Below, piece after piece: positions 29,912 through 40,793 of a DNA stretch of 64,000 bases. The notes beneath the pieces were generated by a model that searched no databases, was not told the DNA's origin, and saw only the letters and a program-made list of their open reading frames with translations. The position numbers and the translations under genes are program-made. The stretch comes from Candidatus Parcubacteria bacterium. Its GTDB lineage: Bacteria > Patescibacteriota > Patescibacteriia > Patescibacteriales > UBA12075. Positions within the stretch are counted from its first letter, which is position 1, and each line of letters starts with the position of its first letter. The DNA lies in the NCBI GenBank assembly GCA_023142915.1, contig JAGLIO010000001.1, forward strand, positions 126-64,125, in the 5' to 3' direction.

Positions 29912-31426
29912 ATGAATAAAAAAAAATATACAATTATTATCTTAATCGCGCTTTTTATAATTCTTGGAAGTTTTCTAAGATTATATAAATTATCAAACCA
30001 ATCATATTGGATGGACGAAGGCTATACAGTAAACGCCGTTATTTCAGGTATTGAAAACGGGCATAAAAATTTTTCTTCTATTCTTGATTCAGGAAAAACT
30101 TATTTTTGCCCGCTTTATTGCTATCCGACAGAATCCATAACAAAAATATTCGGCGCAAATTCTTTTTCCTTTCGCTTGATTTCCGCGCTATCCGGCATTT
30201 TATTTATTTTAATTATTTTTTTGATTGTTAAAAATTTATTCAATTCTCAAATAGCGCTTTTATCTTCTTTTTTTATAACTTTTTCTTATTGGCAAATCGC
30301 ATGGTCAAGACAGGCGCGCTGGTACACGCTTTTTACAATATTTTTCTGGCTGGCTTTATTTTGTTTTTATAAATTTTTTTATAATAAAAAAAATAAAATT
30401 ATATATTTAGCACTTACGATTTTATTTACGATATTGGCGGTTTTAGCGCATAAAATAGCATTGCTCTTGCCAATGATAATGTTTTTTTGGGTAATTATTG
30501 ATTGCTCGCTTGCTAAAAAAAAGAATATTGCAAAATTTATAAAAAATATTATTTTGGCCTTAATATTTTTTATCGCGATAAATTTGATTATAAAATACGC
30601 TTTTAATATCAATTTTATTTTTGCTTTTTATGAAAAAATGTCTCTCCATTATAATCTGCCGTATTATTTAAGTTTTTATTTAAGAAATTATTGGTTTTTG
30701 ATTGTTCTCGCTATTTTCGCGATTTTTAACTCTAAAGAGAAAAAGAAAATATATTTTTTGCTTTTGCCTATTTTGTCATATTTAATATCTTTGTCTTTTT
30801 TAACAAATATAATTCATTACCGTTATCTATTTCACATTACGCCTGCTTTATACATTTTAGCGTCTTTCGGTATTATTGATATTTATAATAAAATAAAACA
30901 TAATTTATTTAAAAATATTTTTGTTCTTGCTCTAATTTTAATATTTTTTCTTAGCAATGGCGTAATTTTACCGCGTTCTTTTTATTTGCTTGAATCAGAC
31001 GATCCTGCAAAATTAGGGCAAAGACCGCATTATGCTTACACGCCTCAGCCGGATTTTAATTCAGCTTATGCAATAATTAAAGACAATCTAAAAAGCAATG
31101 AAATAGTAATTTCATCGCATCCGCATTTTAATAAAATATTTTTAAACAGACCCGGTTATTGGCTAAAATACAGTTATCTTGGCATTGAAAATTATGTCAG
31201 CGCAATAAATGAAGACAAAGAATATTATGTCGGCGCTAAAGTTATTGATGATTTAAAAGAATTAAAGCAAGCAATGAAAAATAATCACGGCTATATTGTT
31301 TTTGACTTTATGTCTATTGACAATCGCATTCCAACGGAAGAGATTGATTATATAAAAAAAAATTCAAAGTTTATATTTATTAATGAAACAAACAGCTATT
31401 CTAAAATTTGGGTTTATGAATTTTAG
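29912..31426 (+). CDS. GT39/ArnT-like membrane glycosyltransferase
   Basis: LRLYKL..QSYWMDE, WQIAWSRQARWY, YRYL motifs. Confidence 0.85.
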   Translation: MNKKKYTIIILIALFIILGSFLRLYKLSNQSYWMDEGYTVNAVISGIENGHKNFSSILDSGKTYFCPLYCYPTESITKIFGANSFSFRLISALSGILFILIIFLIVKNLFNSQIALLSSFFITFSYWQIAWSRQARWYTLFTIFFWLALFCFYKFFYNKKNKIIYLALTILFTILAVLAHKIALLLPMIMFFWVIIDCSLAKKKNIAKFIKNIILALIFFIAINLIIKYAFNINFIFAFYEKMSLHYNLPYYLSFYLRNYWFLIVLAIFAIFNSKEKKKIYFLLLPILSYLISLSFLTNIIHYRYLFHITPALYILASFGIIDIYNKIKHNLFKNIFVLALILIFFLSNGVILPRSFYLLESDDPAKLGQRPHYAYTPQPDFNSAYAIIKDNLKSNEIVISSHPHFNKIFLNRPGYWLKYSYLGIENYVSAINEDKEYYVGAKVIDDLKELKQAMKNNHGYIVFDFMSIDNRIPTEEIDYIKKNSKFIFINETNSYSKIWVYEF

Positions 31427-31479
31427 CCAAAGCTAAAAATTAAAAAGTGTCAATTATGTTTGTGGACTTGCGCATTAAT

Positions 31480-31517
31480 TTGACAGTGTAGCTACATTAT
31501 GATAAAATATAGCTATA
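31480..31517 (+). promoter_or_regulatory. Promoter with paired palindromic operators
   Basis: TTGACA-17-TAAAAT; palindromes TGTAGCTACA (31487) and TATAGCTATA (31508) 21 bp apart. Confidence 0.7.
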
Positions 31518-31534
31518 AATTAAACTTGTTTTTT

Positions 31535-31780
31535 ATGACCCAAAAAGATAAAAAAATAGAACACTTTCTGGCTAATCCTAATAATTTTAAATATCAGCAA
31601 ATAAAAATAATACTTATCAATTTAGGGTTCAATGAAATTCAAGCCAAAGGCAGCCACGTCAAATTTAAGCACACTTTAATCACCCATGATCTGATTATCC
31701 CAATTCATTCCAATGATTGTAAAACTTATTACAAAAAACAAATTGTTAAAATTATTAAAAAATATAAGCTTAATTATTAA
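31535..31780 (+). CDS. hicA: HicA-family toxin
   Basis: LGF....AKGSHVKFKH....LIIPIH..K.YY.KQI; ATG at 31535 preferred. Confidence 0.82.
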   Translation: MTQKDKKIEHFLANPNNFKYQQIKIILINLGFNEIQAKGSHVKFKHTLITHDLIIPIHSNDCKTYYKKQIVKIIKKYKLNY

Positions 31781-31791
31781 TTTATAAAAAT

Positions 31792-32112
31792 ATGAAAACT
31801 GCCAGTAAACACTCTATTACTATAAATAATAAAAAATATTTTTATTCATTAGAACCAAAGGGCTCAAAAACCACTTTTGTTGAATGCGAGGCTGCAAAAA
31901 TAAATCAAAAATTTTTAAACGAAGACATTCCGACCCTGTTAAATGATTTATCTAATTTGATACTAGCTGAAAAAAAATATCAACATCAACAAAGCGCGAT
32001 TATTCGTTTTAGAATTAAACCCGAAGATAAAAAATTAATTGAACAAAAAGCGCGTAAAAGAGGATATGATAATATATCAACATTTATGCGTGATTTAGCG
32101 CTAACTAATTAG
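31792..32112 (+). CDS. Putative antitoxin with C-terminal ribbon-helix-helix domain
   Basis: IIRFRIKPEDKKLIEQKARKRGYDNISTFMRDLAL is RHH-like; follows hicA. Confidence 0.65.
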   Translation: MKTASKHSITINNKKYFYSLEPKGSKTTFVECEAAKINQKFLNEDIPTLLNDLSNLILAEKKYQHQQSAIIRFRIKPEDKKLIEQKARKRGYDNISTFMRDLALTN

Positions 32113-32150
32113 AAAAAAAGGAAAGGGTCTGCTTTTATCCGCAAAATATC

Positions 32151-34604
32151 ATGCTAAAAAAATCAAAAAAAAAATACACTAAAAAGTCAAAGAAAATTTT
32201 TATTATAAGGATAAAAAGCAAATATCATAATTTGAATATTTTTTCCAAATTAATCGTGCTTTCTTTGCCATTGATTCTTATCGCTTATTTATGCATTAAT
32301 TTTTATCAGGCAGTGGATTATGAAGCCGGTTATACAATAGATTTTAATAAAGAAAATTTTAGAAATACAAAGCTGCCTCTGTATATTGACGAAGACCCGG
32401 CTTCTCACAAATTTATGTCAACAGGCATAATAAACAATGTCCATTACGCGGAAATGTCAGGCTCCCCCATTTCTTTTGTCTGGCAGCCTGAAGAATTCCC
32501 CCTTAATAAAACAATTACGGTGTCGGCTTTAATCAAAGACGAGGGCGACTGGGAAATCTCTTTATTCTGCCCAAACTGCCCCAAAAACGAACAATACGAC
32601 TGGCAGCCGTTTTATTACGGCAAACTGAATGACTATGTCCTAGCGGCCAAATCCGACGACCTTTATATTTATTCCCTTAACAATTTTGACTGGGAACAGG
32701 CGACAACAACCAAGGAGTGGCTGGAAAAAAATGTGCCGCAAGGGACTAGCGTGGAAATTTTAGATGACGCATACACAAAATCCAAACTCGTTAATCAAAA
32801 TATTGATTTTATTGAAGGCTCATGGACTGAAATTAATAAAACTTTGCGCGGCAAACATGAATTTTATGTTTATTTAAAGGATAAATTGGATTTGGAAATG
32901 GTTAAAAAAGATTTTAACAGCTATGACGGCGCTGATGATGTAAATATTGTTCTTTATGATTTGAATGATAATGTAATTATGAAAGCAACAATTGAGGACG
33001 ATGGGATTGATGTTAAAAACGATATAAGTGAATTTGATCCGCCTATTAAAAAAAGGATTGAATATGATATAAAAAAACAAGGAGTTTATAAATTGGCATT
33101 TGAGCCAATTGATAAAGCCGGAGCTGATTGGACCATTAAGTACATAAAAATAAACACAAATAAAATAATTTTTACAGGCAACGCAAACCTTATTTTAGAT
33201 CCCGGCGTTTTATACACCGAGCTAGTTGAAAACAAAGAACTAAAAATTTATGTTTGGCACGGCAATGCCGTTCAGACTATAAAATTTATTAATGAAGATA
33301 CTGCTGTAGAAATGGAAATTACCAAATCTGAATTGGGAAAATGGCAATTTATAGAATTAAATCCCGGCGCTTATGAAATCAGCTTTGCCGGCGATCAGTA
33401 CATTGGCAACGCGAATTTCGCAATTAACAAAAAAACATATTTTGAACCGTTTATTTATGATTTAAGCAAGAAAAAAGAGCAATCCATTGTTTTGGCAAAT
33501 TATTCATTTACAAAAAATAAAAACTGGACAGACGTTGCTAAAAATTTTACTAAAAATGATATTAAAAAACTGGAAGATTTAAAAAAAGTTAAATTTTTAA
33601 TCAGAAATAAAGAATTGAATAAAAAATTTAAAAAGGAAAAAAATTTATACGATAATGGATTTTATCCTTTGGCTAAATTTAATGAGTATAAATTATGGGG
33701 CCAAAAAGATTTGGAAAGCTATAGCGCAAATGTTGATAATTTAATTGATTGGCTGAAAAACCTTCTCCCTAACGGCTCCGGAATAGTGGCTGACGAATCT
33801 TTGGCTATTGAACGGGCGGATTTTATTAACAACGAAGAGCCGGAAGAATTCGTTCAATATGATGACCCCATAAATGAATTAAACTTTGCTTTGCGCGGTT
33901 CGCATGAATTTTACGTTTATATTAATAATCATTTTAAGGCGGAGATTGATAAGGAAGATATAAACGCTTACGCCGGCAAAGACGAAGTTGAAATCAGCTT
34001 AATAAATTCAGCCGGAGATATAATGTGCGACAAAATAATGGCTGATGACGAAAATGAATCTGATGACAGGAATTCTCCCGATTCAGTTCAAACTTATTTT
34101 AACTGCCCCAACATTAAAAAAGGAGTTTATATTCTTAGTTTAAAAGGCTTGTCGGCTGGAGTTGGTAATATTGGCAATGATTTTGTAATCAAACAGTTAA
34201 AAATTAATACAAATAAAATCATAATTAAAAACAGGATTTTAAATATTGAGCCAGTTGAGTTGTATGTTAATAATAAAACAGACAAAGAGATTGACTTATA
34301 TTATTGGCACAAAGACAAGGATCAGATTATTGAAATTTTAGGAAACGACGCGAAAAATATTGAATTAACAAAAGATGATAAAGGAAAAAACGTAGAATAT
34401 TTATTAATTAATGGATATAAAAAAATAAATATGCCAAAAGGAGATGTTGTTATTTCTAATAATAATTTTGCTTTTAAAGAAGAAAATTGGTTTTATCCGA
34501 TTAGTATATCAATAGAAACAAATCTTAACGCAAATTTTGCCTTATTTAAAGATGCCTACGCAGAATCTTTATTTATTAAAAATATTAATATTGACGTTCA
34601 ATAA
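32151..34604 (+). CDS. Membrane-anchored extracellular protein with a ~349-aa internal duplication
   Basis: One N-terminal TM; LRG.HEFYVY...D.N.Y.G.D.V.I.L...KINTNKII occurs twice. Confidence 0.8.
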   Translation: MLKKSKKKYTKKSKKIFIIRIKSKYHNLNIFSKLIVLSLPLILIAYLCINFYQAVDYEAGYTIDFNKENFRNTKLPLYIDEDPASHKFMSTGIINNVHYAEMSGSPISFVWQPEEFPLNKTITVSALIKDEGDWEISLFCPNCPKNEQYDWQPFYYGKLNDYVLAAKSDDLYIYSLNNFDWEQATTTKEWLEKNVPQGTSVEILDDAYTKSKLVNQNIDFIEGSWTEINKTLRGKHEFYVYLKDKLDLEMVKKDFNSYDGADDVNIVLYDLNDNVIMKATIEDDGIDVKNDISEFDPPIKKRIEYDIKKQGVYKLAFEPIDKAGADWTIKYIKINTNKIIFTGNANLILDPGVLYTELVENKELKIYVWHGNAVQTIKFINEDTAVEMEITKSELGKWQFIELNPGAYEISFAGDQYIGNANFAINKKTYFEPFIYDLSKKKEQSIVLANYSFTKNKNWTDVAKNFTKNDIKKLEDLKKVKFLIRNKELNKKFKKEKNLYDNGFYPLAKFNEYKLWGQKDLESYSANVDNLIDWLKNLLPNGSGIVADESLAIERADFINNEEPEEFVQYDDPINELNFALRGSHEFYVYINNHFKAEIDKEDINAYAGKDEVEISLINSAGDIMCDKIMADDENESDDRNSPDSVQTYFNCPNIKKGVYILSLKGLSAGVGNIGNDFVIKQLKINTNKIIIKNRILNIEPVELYVNNKTDKEIDLYYWHKDKDQIIEILGNDAKNIELTKDDKGKNVEYLLINGYKKINMPKGDVVISNNNFAFKEENWFYPISISIETNLNANFALFKDAYAESLFIKNINIDVQ

Positions 34605-36728
34605 ATGAATATAAAAAAACATTGGAAAAAAACATTGTTATCCCTATTTTTAACAACGCTATTGATTAGCTCAATAGCGTTAGTTTTTGATTGCTTTAGC
34701 GGAATTATAAGTTACTATGTTCAAATCGGGCTGATTTATTTTATTAATATTATATTATTTCTAATCGTTTTTTATTTTTATCAAGATGAGTGTGAAAAAA
34801 AAGTTAAGGATTTTTCATATTACTCACAATTAGAATTTATTGCTAAATATATTTTTTTAGCCATATTATTTCTTATTGCCATTAACCAACTATTTGCCGA
34901 TTTTGAGTGGAGTAAAAATTTTTATAACATTTATTTGTCCTGGATAAATAATATTAAAAGTTATTTAACGGTTTTGGCTATTTTAACCGGCGGTTTTACT
35001 TTTTGGGTTAACCGAAAAAATGTTGAGGTTGATTTAAAAAAAGAGCAGAAAGAGGAGGTGCTGGAAGAAAAAAAAAGAGCGAAAATTTTTGATAAAAAAT
35101 ATGGAAAGTGGAAGCCGAAAAAATTAAAGTTTAATTCTTTTAAAAATATTATTTTTTCTATTTTTTATTTGCCGTTTTTTGTTGTTTCGTTTTTATTATT
35201 TACTTTTGCGAGGTGGGTGCATAAAGAAGGATATAGATATAGCTTGGGGCTGATCATTCTTTCATTTTCAGGATTATTACTAAGAATTTACAATATTAAA
35301 TTACAAAAACTATGGATTGATGAATTAATATCTTTAAGCGCAATTAACAACATAATAAATTCTGGAATACCATCTTTGCCTTCTGGGGTAATGTATACTA
35401 GAAATATTTTTTTTCATTATTTACTCGCTTTTATTAAAATTTTATTTAATACAGAAGATATTAAATTAAAAATAATTTCAGTCATAGCTGGTTTTTTAAC
35501 GATAATATTTGTTTATATTTTTACAAAAAAAATATTAAATAAAAAAGTTGCTATTATTTCCTCCCTATTAATAACATTCTTCAATTTTGAAATAGCTTGG
35601 TCAAGACAAATTCGAGCATACATGTTGCTTCAATTTGCTATTATTTTATGTGTTTTTGTTTACAGTAGACTTAAAAAAAATGTTTCATTAAAAAATCTAT
35701 TGTTATTTTTATTTAGCGCTATATTCACAGTTTCAGTAAGTTTAATTGGAATAATTATCGTTTGCATTCTTATTTTGGATTTTTTTATTGAGAAAAAAAA
35801 TAGAACGAAATTATTACATTTAATAAAAAAGAATACTAAACTTTTTATATTAATATTTTTTATTTTTTCTCTTTTTATGTATGCAGGAAATATTTTTAGC
35901 GCAATAATTTTTATATCCCATTCCATTCTTAATCCTATTAATAATACTCATAACTATATAAAATTATTTAATTCATTTTTTCCTTATTTGTACGTATTAA
36001 TGCCATTTTTGCTATTAACACTCATTTTTAGCTTCAATAAATTTATAAAAACAATATATTTTTATATTATTTTGATACTATCATTAACTTTTTTTATAAT
36101 TGAAGCATCTTGGTTGAGATATTTAACTTGTGCATTGCCTTTTCTTATTATTATTTCATCTTTTTTTATACATATTTTATATATAATATATTGTCAGAAA
36201 AAAAATAAATTTATTAATATTTTATTTTTTATCTTTTTTTTAACACCTTTTTTTATCTCAGATTTATCTTTATTTCCTCAAAATAATTATCAAATTCAAG
36301 AACCTCAAACAAATTTTAAATTAAGCTATGAATACATATATAAAAACATTAAATCTTCCGATACTGTAATTTCAATTACGACGGGCAATATTCCCGCCCA
36401 TTACTATTTAAAAGAAAAATTTATATTAAACAAAAATTATATCTTTACTTTATTATTGGATAAACAAAAAAAGGCGTATAGATCATATAAAAAAAATGGA
36501 ATATGGAAAGAAAATTATGTTGGTACAACTATAATAACAAATGAAATGGAATTAAAAAAAATTATTAAATATAATTCTGGATACCTTGTTTTTGATCAAC
36601 AAAAATTATATCACATCGATAATTCAATAAAAAATTTGCTAACCACAATGAATTTTCTTGAAGAATATTCCGATGAAACTATTAGATTATATTACTGGGA
36701 CAGCGAATCTCATTCGTTTTCCTTATAA
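34605..36728 (+). CDS. GT39/ArnT-like membrane glycosyltransferase
   Basis: LRIYNI..QKLWIDE, EIAWSRQIRAY, LRYL motifs; extra N-terminal TM region. Confidence 0.82.
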   Translation: MNIKKHWKKTLLSLFLTTLLISSIALVFDCFSGIISYYVQIGLIYFINIILFLIVFYFYQDECEKKVKDFSYYSQLEFIAKYIFLAILFLIAINQLFADFEWSKNFYNIYLSWINNIKSYLTVLAILTGGFTFWVNRKNVEVDLKKEQKEEVLEEKKRAKIFDKKYGKWKPKKLKFNSFKNIIFSIFYLPFFVVSFLLFTFARWVHKEGYRYSLGLIILSFSGLLLRIYNIKLQKLWIDELISLSAINNIINSGIPSLPSGVMYTRNIFFHYLLAFIKILFNTEDIKLKIISVIAGFLTIIFVYIFTKKILNKKVAIISSLLITFFNFEIAWSRQIRAYMLLQFAIILCVFVYSRLKKNVSLKNLLLFLFSAIFTVSVSLIGIIIVCILILDFFIEKKNRTKLLHLIKKNTKLFILIFFIFSLFMYAGNIFSAIIFISHSILNPINNTHNYIKLFNSFFPYLYVLMPFLLLTLIFSFNKFIKTIYFYIILILSLTFFIIEASWLRYLTCALPFLIIISSFFIHILYIIYCQKKNKFINILFFIFFLTPFFISDLSLFPQNNYQIQEPQTNFKLSYEYIYKNIKSSDTVISITTGNIPAHYYLKEKFILNKNYIFTLLLDKQKKAYRSYKKNGIWKENYVGTTIITNEMELKKIIKYNSGYLVFDQQKLYHIDNSIKNLLTTMNFLEEYSDETIRLYYWDSESHSFSL

Positions 36729-37656
36729 AAAAATAACCAATTAAACCATAAATAATAATGGTTAATAATATAATCAAATGAAATTTTAATATATAAATTA
36801 ATGCTATTTCGGATTCATAGCCAAGTTTGATTAAAAAATAACTCCAACCAGCTTCAAAAATTCCAAAATTTGCGAATGTTTTTATCGGAATTAACGTTAT
36901 TGATATAATAATACACGAAATAAATAAAGTATTAAAAAAAGTAATACTTATTCCAAGTATGATTAATATTAAATACCCAAAAAAAATTCTGTATAACCAA
37001 TATGCAAATGTTGAAGCTAATAAAATTATTATAATTTTGCTATTTAATTTTTTTAATTCAATTACACTGTTATTAATAAAATTAAATATTTTATTAACAA
37101 ATATTTTGTTTTTAAATACACTACGTATTAATATTTTTATTTTATTTCGAAATAAAATAAAAACGGCTACAAGTACAGCGACTGTAATTAGTAATAATGT
37201 AAACACAAGAGAAATATTAAAAGTAAAGCCATTGCTTAGTTCCGCGCTTGAATAGATACTAGCAATTAAAAATAGATAAAATATTATTATCATATCAAAA
37301 ATACGAATTAAGCCCAGGCCATTAAGTCTATTTACTAAATTTATTTTAAAGAATTTTTTAAGATTGGTGATATAGGAAAATTCCCCAATTCTAAAAGGCA
37401 AAATACTTAACATTAAATTACAGTAACATAGCACAAAGAACAGTTTAAATTTATCTGATATTTTATATATTTGAGAATATCGATAGGTGTTAATTATTTT
37501 AGATACAGAGTATATCACTATAATAAAAATAATAAATAATATGTTAGTATCATTTAGGGTATTGATTAATTGCCCAAATTTAATATTTTTAAATAAATAA
37601 AAGATAATAAAAAAAGAAAGCAAAACAGGGTATAATTTTATTATTATTTTCATCAT
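36682..37656 (-). CDS. Lysylphosphatidylglycerol-synthase TM/flippase-like (UPF0104) protein
   Basis: ILPFRIGE, RIFD, IP....FGIFEAG motifs. Confidence 0.75.
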   Translation of the reverse strand: MMKIIIKLYPVLLSFFIIFYLFKNIKFGQLINTLNDTNILFIIFIIVIYSVSKIINTYRYSQIYKISDKFKLFFVLCYCNLMLSILPFRIGEFSYITNLKKFFKINLVNRLNGLGLIRIFDMIIIFYLFLIASIYSSAELSNGFTFNISLVFTLLLITVAVLVAVFILFRNKIKILIRSVFKNKIFVNKIFNFINNSVIELKKLNSKIIIILLASTFAYWLYRIFFGYLILIILGISITFFNTLFISCIIISITLIPIKTFANFGIFEAGWSYFLIKLGYESEIALIYILKFHLIILLTIIIYGLIGYFFIRKTNEIRCPSNII

Positions 37657-39635
37657 TATTTTTTAATTATAAATATTGCTTGATCGCCTAATTTTCTTTT
37701 GTTATATTTTTTGGCTAAAAAATTATTATACAAGATATAAAACAAATTAAATATACCAAGCGCATGATTTTTTTTCTTTTTTAAATGATAAAAATTTATT
37801 CCTTTCTTATTTAATTGGCTATAAAATAATGATGGGCCAACAGAGTCATGAATGATTTTAACTATATTTAAGTTTGCTTTTTCAGCTAAAAGTGCCATAC
37901 TTTTTTGAGTATGAACGAATAAATGTCGTGGCGCGTCTATTTGAAACCAAAATTCTTTAAATTTTTCCCAAGCGCATGAATCTGCGACTGGTGTTCTAAT
38001 TATGCATAAACTTTTATTCGTCATTAATTTATATATTTTTAATAAAACTTGCGCTGGATTATCCATGTGTTCAAAAGAATGATGCAACATTATAATATCA
38101 AATTTTTCATCGCTATTCACTAATTCTGTTAAATTTTTTTTGTAGATTTTAAGTCCATTGGGATAAATAATTTTGTCTTTATTTAAAAAAGGGTCTATTC
38201 CTATACAATTTTTAAAACCAATTTCAGTTAAATAATACAAAATTGAGCCCTTGCCGCATCCTATGTCAAGAATTTTGTGTTCTTTGTTAATATCAATATA
38301 TTTGAAAAAATCTAATTTCGAAATTGAAGTTAAAAAAGAAATAATATTATAGATAATTTTTTTATTAACGGCACTTTTAATGGTTAATAATTTTATTTTT
38401 TTTATTAGAATATTTTCAGTTGTAAAATCAAATTTTGAATAATAATCTTTAGCATAATATTCAAAAATATTTTTGGGTATTTCTAAAAGCTGTAAACATC
38501 CGCAATAAGAACAATATAAATAAGGAAAATATTTTTTCATTCCTAGTATTTGTTCCTTTACCCAATAAATATTGTTGTGGTTTATATTATTACAAATCTT
38601 ACAAAGTTTATTTTTAACATTTTTTTTGTTAAATTCTAGAAATAGTTTTTTATATTTTACCCTACTTATTCTTTCATTTTTTTTAATCCCACATCTTTTT
38701 GTAAGCATTCTTGGTAAATAGTATAAAATATTTAAATAAATTTTAATCATAATTTTCACCATCCCCAAAAGTCCAATTTTAGATTTTAATTTATTAACCG
38801 ATTTTAATTTATTTTTTTGAAATAGACTTGTAAAATTCCAATAAAAATCTCTAAATGGATAACTTAGCAAATCTAACAAACTAAAATTTTTGATTGCCAC
38901 AAAATAACTATTCCTTTTTGAATAAAAAGCTTTAAAGGCGGATGCTACGCCACTGGTTTGCGAATGCAAATGTATTAATCTTGATTTTGGCGCATAAAAA
39001 CATTTCCACCCTGCCAGCCTTGACCTAAATCCCAAATCTAAATCCTCAGCATAGGCAAAAAAATCTTCATCAAATAGTCCTACATCTTTCAATAAATTTC
39101 TGGAAAATAAAGTGGAAACTCCACCAGGGCAAAAAACTTCCCTTTCTTTATTGTATTTATTTGGATCATATCCAAAACCAAATGAACATCCACCAATTTT
39201 ATTGCCGATTAAATTTTTATAAAGTTTTAATCCGATATTATGAATTTTGCCGTCAGATAAAAGAGTTTTTGTGGAAACCATTCCGCATTTTATATTTTTA
39301 TATTTTTTTATTACTTTTACCATTTCTAAAAGCCAATCCTTTTCAACAATAGTATCATTATTTAATAATGCAATATATTCAACATTCTCATCTTTTAACG
39401 CCTCTTTAATGCCAATATTATTGCCCTTGGCAAAACCAGTATTATAATCTAATTCAATAATTTTTGTTTTAGAAAAACTCTGTCTGACAAAATCAACGGA
39501 TTTATCATGCGAACCATTATCAACAAAATACACATCAAAAATTTTATAAGTTTGATTAAAAACCGCATTTAAACAATTCTTTAAAAAATTAAATCCATTC
39601 AAATTAACTATAATAATAGCCACTTTATGATTCAT
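37656..39635 (-). CDS. GT2 glycosyltransferase fused to a class I SAM methyltransferase
   Basis: N-part VDNGS, GFAKGNN, LLNND, EDLDL; C-part CxxC..CxxC, ILDIGCGKG, HSFEH, DAPRHL. Confidence 0.85.
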   Translation of the reverse strand: MNHKVAIIIVNLNGFNFLKNCLNAVFNQTYKIFDVYFVDNGSHDKSVDFVRQSFSKTKIIELDYNTGFAKGNNIGIKEALKDENVEYIALLNNDTIVEKDWLLEMVKVIKKYKNIKCGMVSTKTLLSDGKIHNIGLKLYKNLIGNKIGGCSFGFGYDPNKYNKEREVFCPGGVSTLFSRNLLKDVGLFDEDFFAYAEDLDLGFRSRLAGWKCFYAPKSRLIHLHSQTSGVASAFKAFYSKRNSYFVAIKNFSLLDLLSYPFRDFYWNFTSLFQKNKLKSVNKLKSKIGLLGMVKIMIKIYLNILYYLPRMLTKRCGIKKNERISRVKYKKLFLEFNKKNVKNKLCKICNNINHNNIYWVKEQILGMKKYFPYLYCSYCGCLQLLEIPKNIFEYYAKDYYSKFDFTTENILIKKIKLLTIKSAVNKKIIYNIISFLTSISKLDFFKYIDINKEHKILDIGCGKGSILYYLTEIGFKNCIGIDPFLNKDKIIYPNGLKIYKKNLTELVNSDEKFDIIMLHHSFEHMDNPAQVLLKIYKLMTNKSLCIIRTPVADSCAWEKFKEFWFQIDAPRHLFVHTQKSMALLAEKANLNIVKIIHDSVGPSLFYSQLNKKGINFYHLKKKKNHALGIFNLFYILYNNFLAKKYNKRKLGDQAIFIIKK

Positions 39636-40791
39636 TTATTTTCAATAAATTCAAATATTGCTCTGTAATATTGTTTAAATTAAAATTATTAATATCACTT
39701 AAATTTTGTTTTGAAATTTTTTCTTTTAATTTATGGTTAGATAATAATTTTTTGACTTTTTCAGTTATTTTTTTAAAATTTTTTGGATCTATTAATAAGC
39801 CATTTTCACCATCCCGAATTAAATCAACCTGTCCTCCATTATTTGTAGCTACAACCGGCAATCCAACCTGCATTGCTTCTTGAATAACAATGCCAAAGCC
39901 CTCATGAATTGAGCTTAAAACAAATATATCTGAATTGCATAAATATTGAAATTTTTTTTCCTCAGAAACTAACCCTGTTAAGCATAATCTATTTTCAATT
40001 TTTAATTCTCTTGCTAATTTTAATAAATTTTCTTTTTCTGGTCCATTTCCGATAATTATACCGTTAACATTATTATCAAGTAAGGCAAGAGCTTTTATAA
40101 AATATTCAAATCCTTTTCTCTTTATAAGTCTGCCTGCTCCTATTATATATTTTTTATTCTCTTTCATATTCAATTCTTTTCTTGATACTTTTTTAAAATC
40201 AAAAAATTCATATGGCAAGGGAATAATTTTTATTTCTTTTTTTGGATTATAATATTTTATAGCGTTATTTTTTGTATTAGATGATTGAGCAATAATAAAA
40301 TTTACTCTATTTAATAAAAATTTTACAACAACTTTTAATATAAAATTTTTATGGGGAGAATTTTTTGTTGTTGGATTATAAACATCTCCCCCGTGCAGTG
40401 ATAAAATATTTTTTATTCTAAATATTTTCGACAAAATAAAACCCAAGGGACCGGTAGGAATCACAAATTGAGTATTTATGAAATCATATTTGTTTCTTAA
40501 ACAAAGAAAAAAGCCTTTTGCAAAAGCGCAAAAAGGATAACTCAACATAGAAACCATTGTGGCTGTTTCTAGTTTTTTTCTGCCAAAAACTTTTACTCTG
40601 TAAACGTTAATTCCATTAATAATTTCAAATTTTTTCAATCCTTTGAACCAAGATGTTAAATAATCAACCTCATACCCATTCCCAATAAATCCTTTTGCCA
40701 ACTTATATGAAGCAACACCGCCACCGCCACCCAGCGGTGGAAATTCATAATTTAAAACCAAAATTCTTTTTTTATTATTTTCTTTTTTCAT
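39625..40791 (-). CDS. GT4 family glycosyltransferase
   Basis: NYEFPPLGGGGG, GRLIKRKG, EGFGIVIQEAM; ATG at 40791 preferred. Confidence 0.92.
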   Translation of the reverse strand: MKKENNKKRILVLNYEFPPLGGGGGVASYKLAKGFIGNGYEVDYLTSWFKGLKKFEIINGINVYRVKVFGRKKLETATMVSMLSYPFCAFAKGFFLCLRNKYDFINTQFVIPTGPLGFILSKIFRIKNILSLHGGDVYNPTTKNSPHKNFILKVVVKFLLNRVNFIIAQSSNTKNNAIKYYNPKKEIKIIPLPYEFFDFKKVSRKELNMKENKKYIIGAGRLIKRKGFEYFIKALALLDNNVNGIIIGNGPEKENLLKLARELKIENRLCLTGLVSEEKKFQYLCNSDIFVLSSIHEGFGIVIQEAMQVGLPVVATNNGGQVDLIRDGENGLLIDPKNFKKITEKVKKLLSNHKLKEKISKQNLSDINNFNLNNITEQYLNLLKINES

Positions 40792-40793
40792 CC

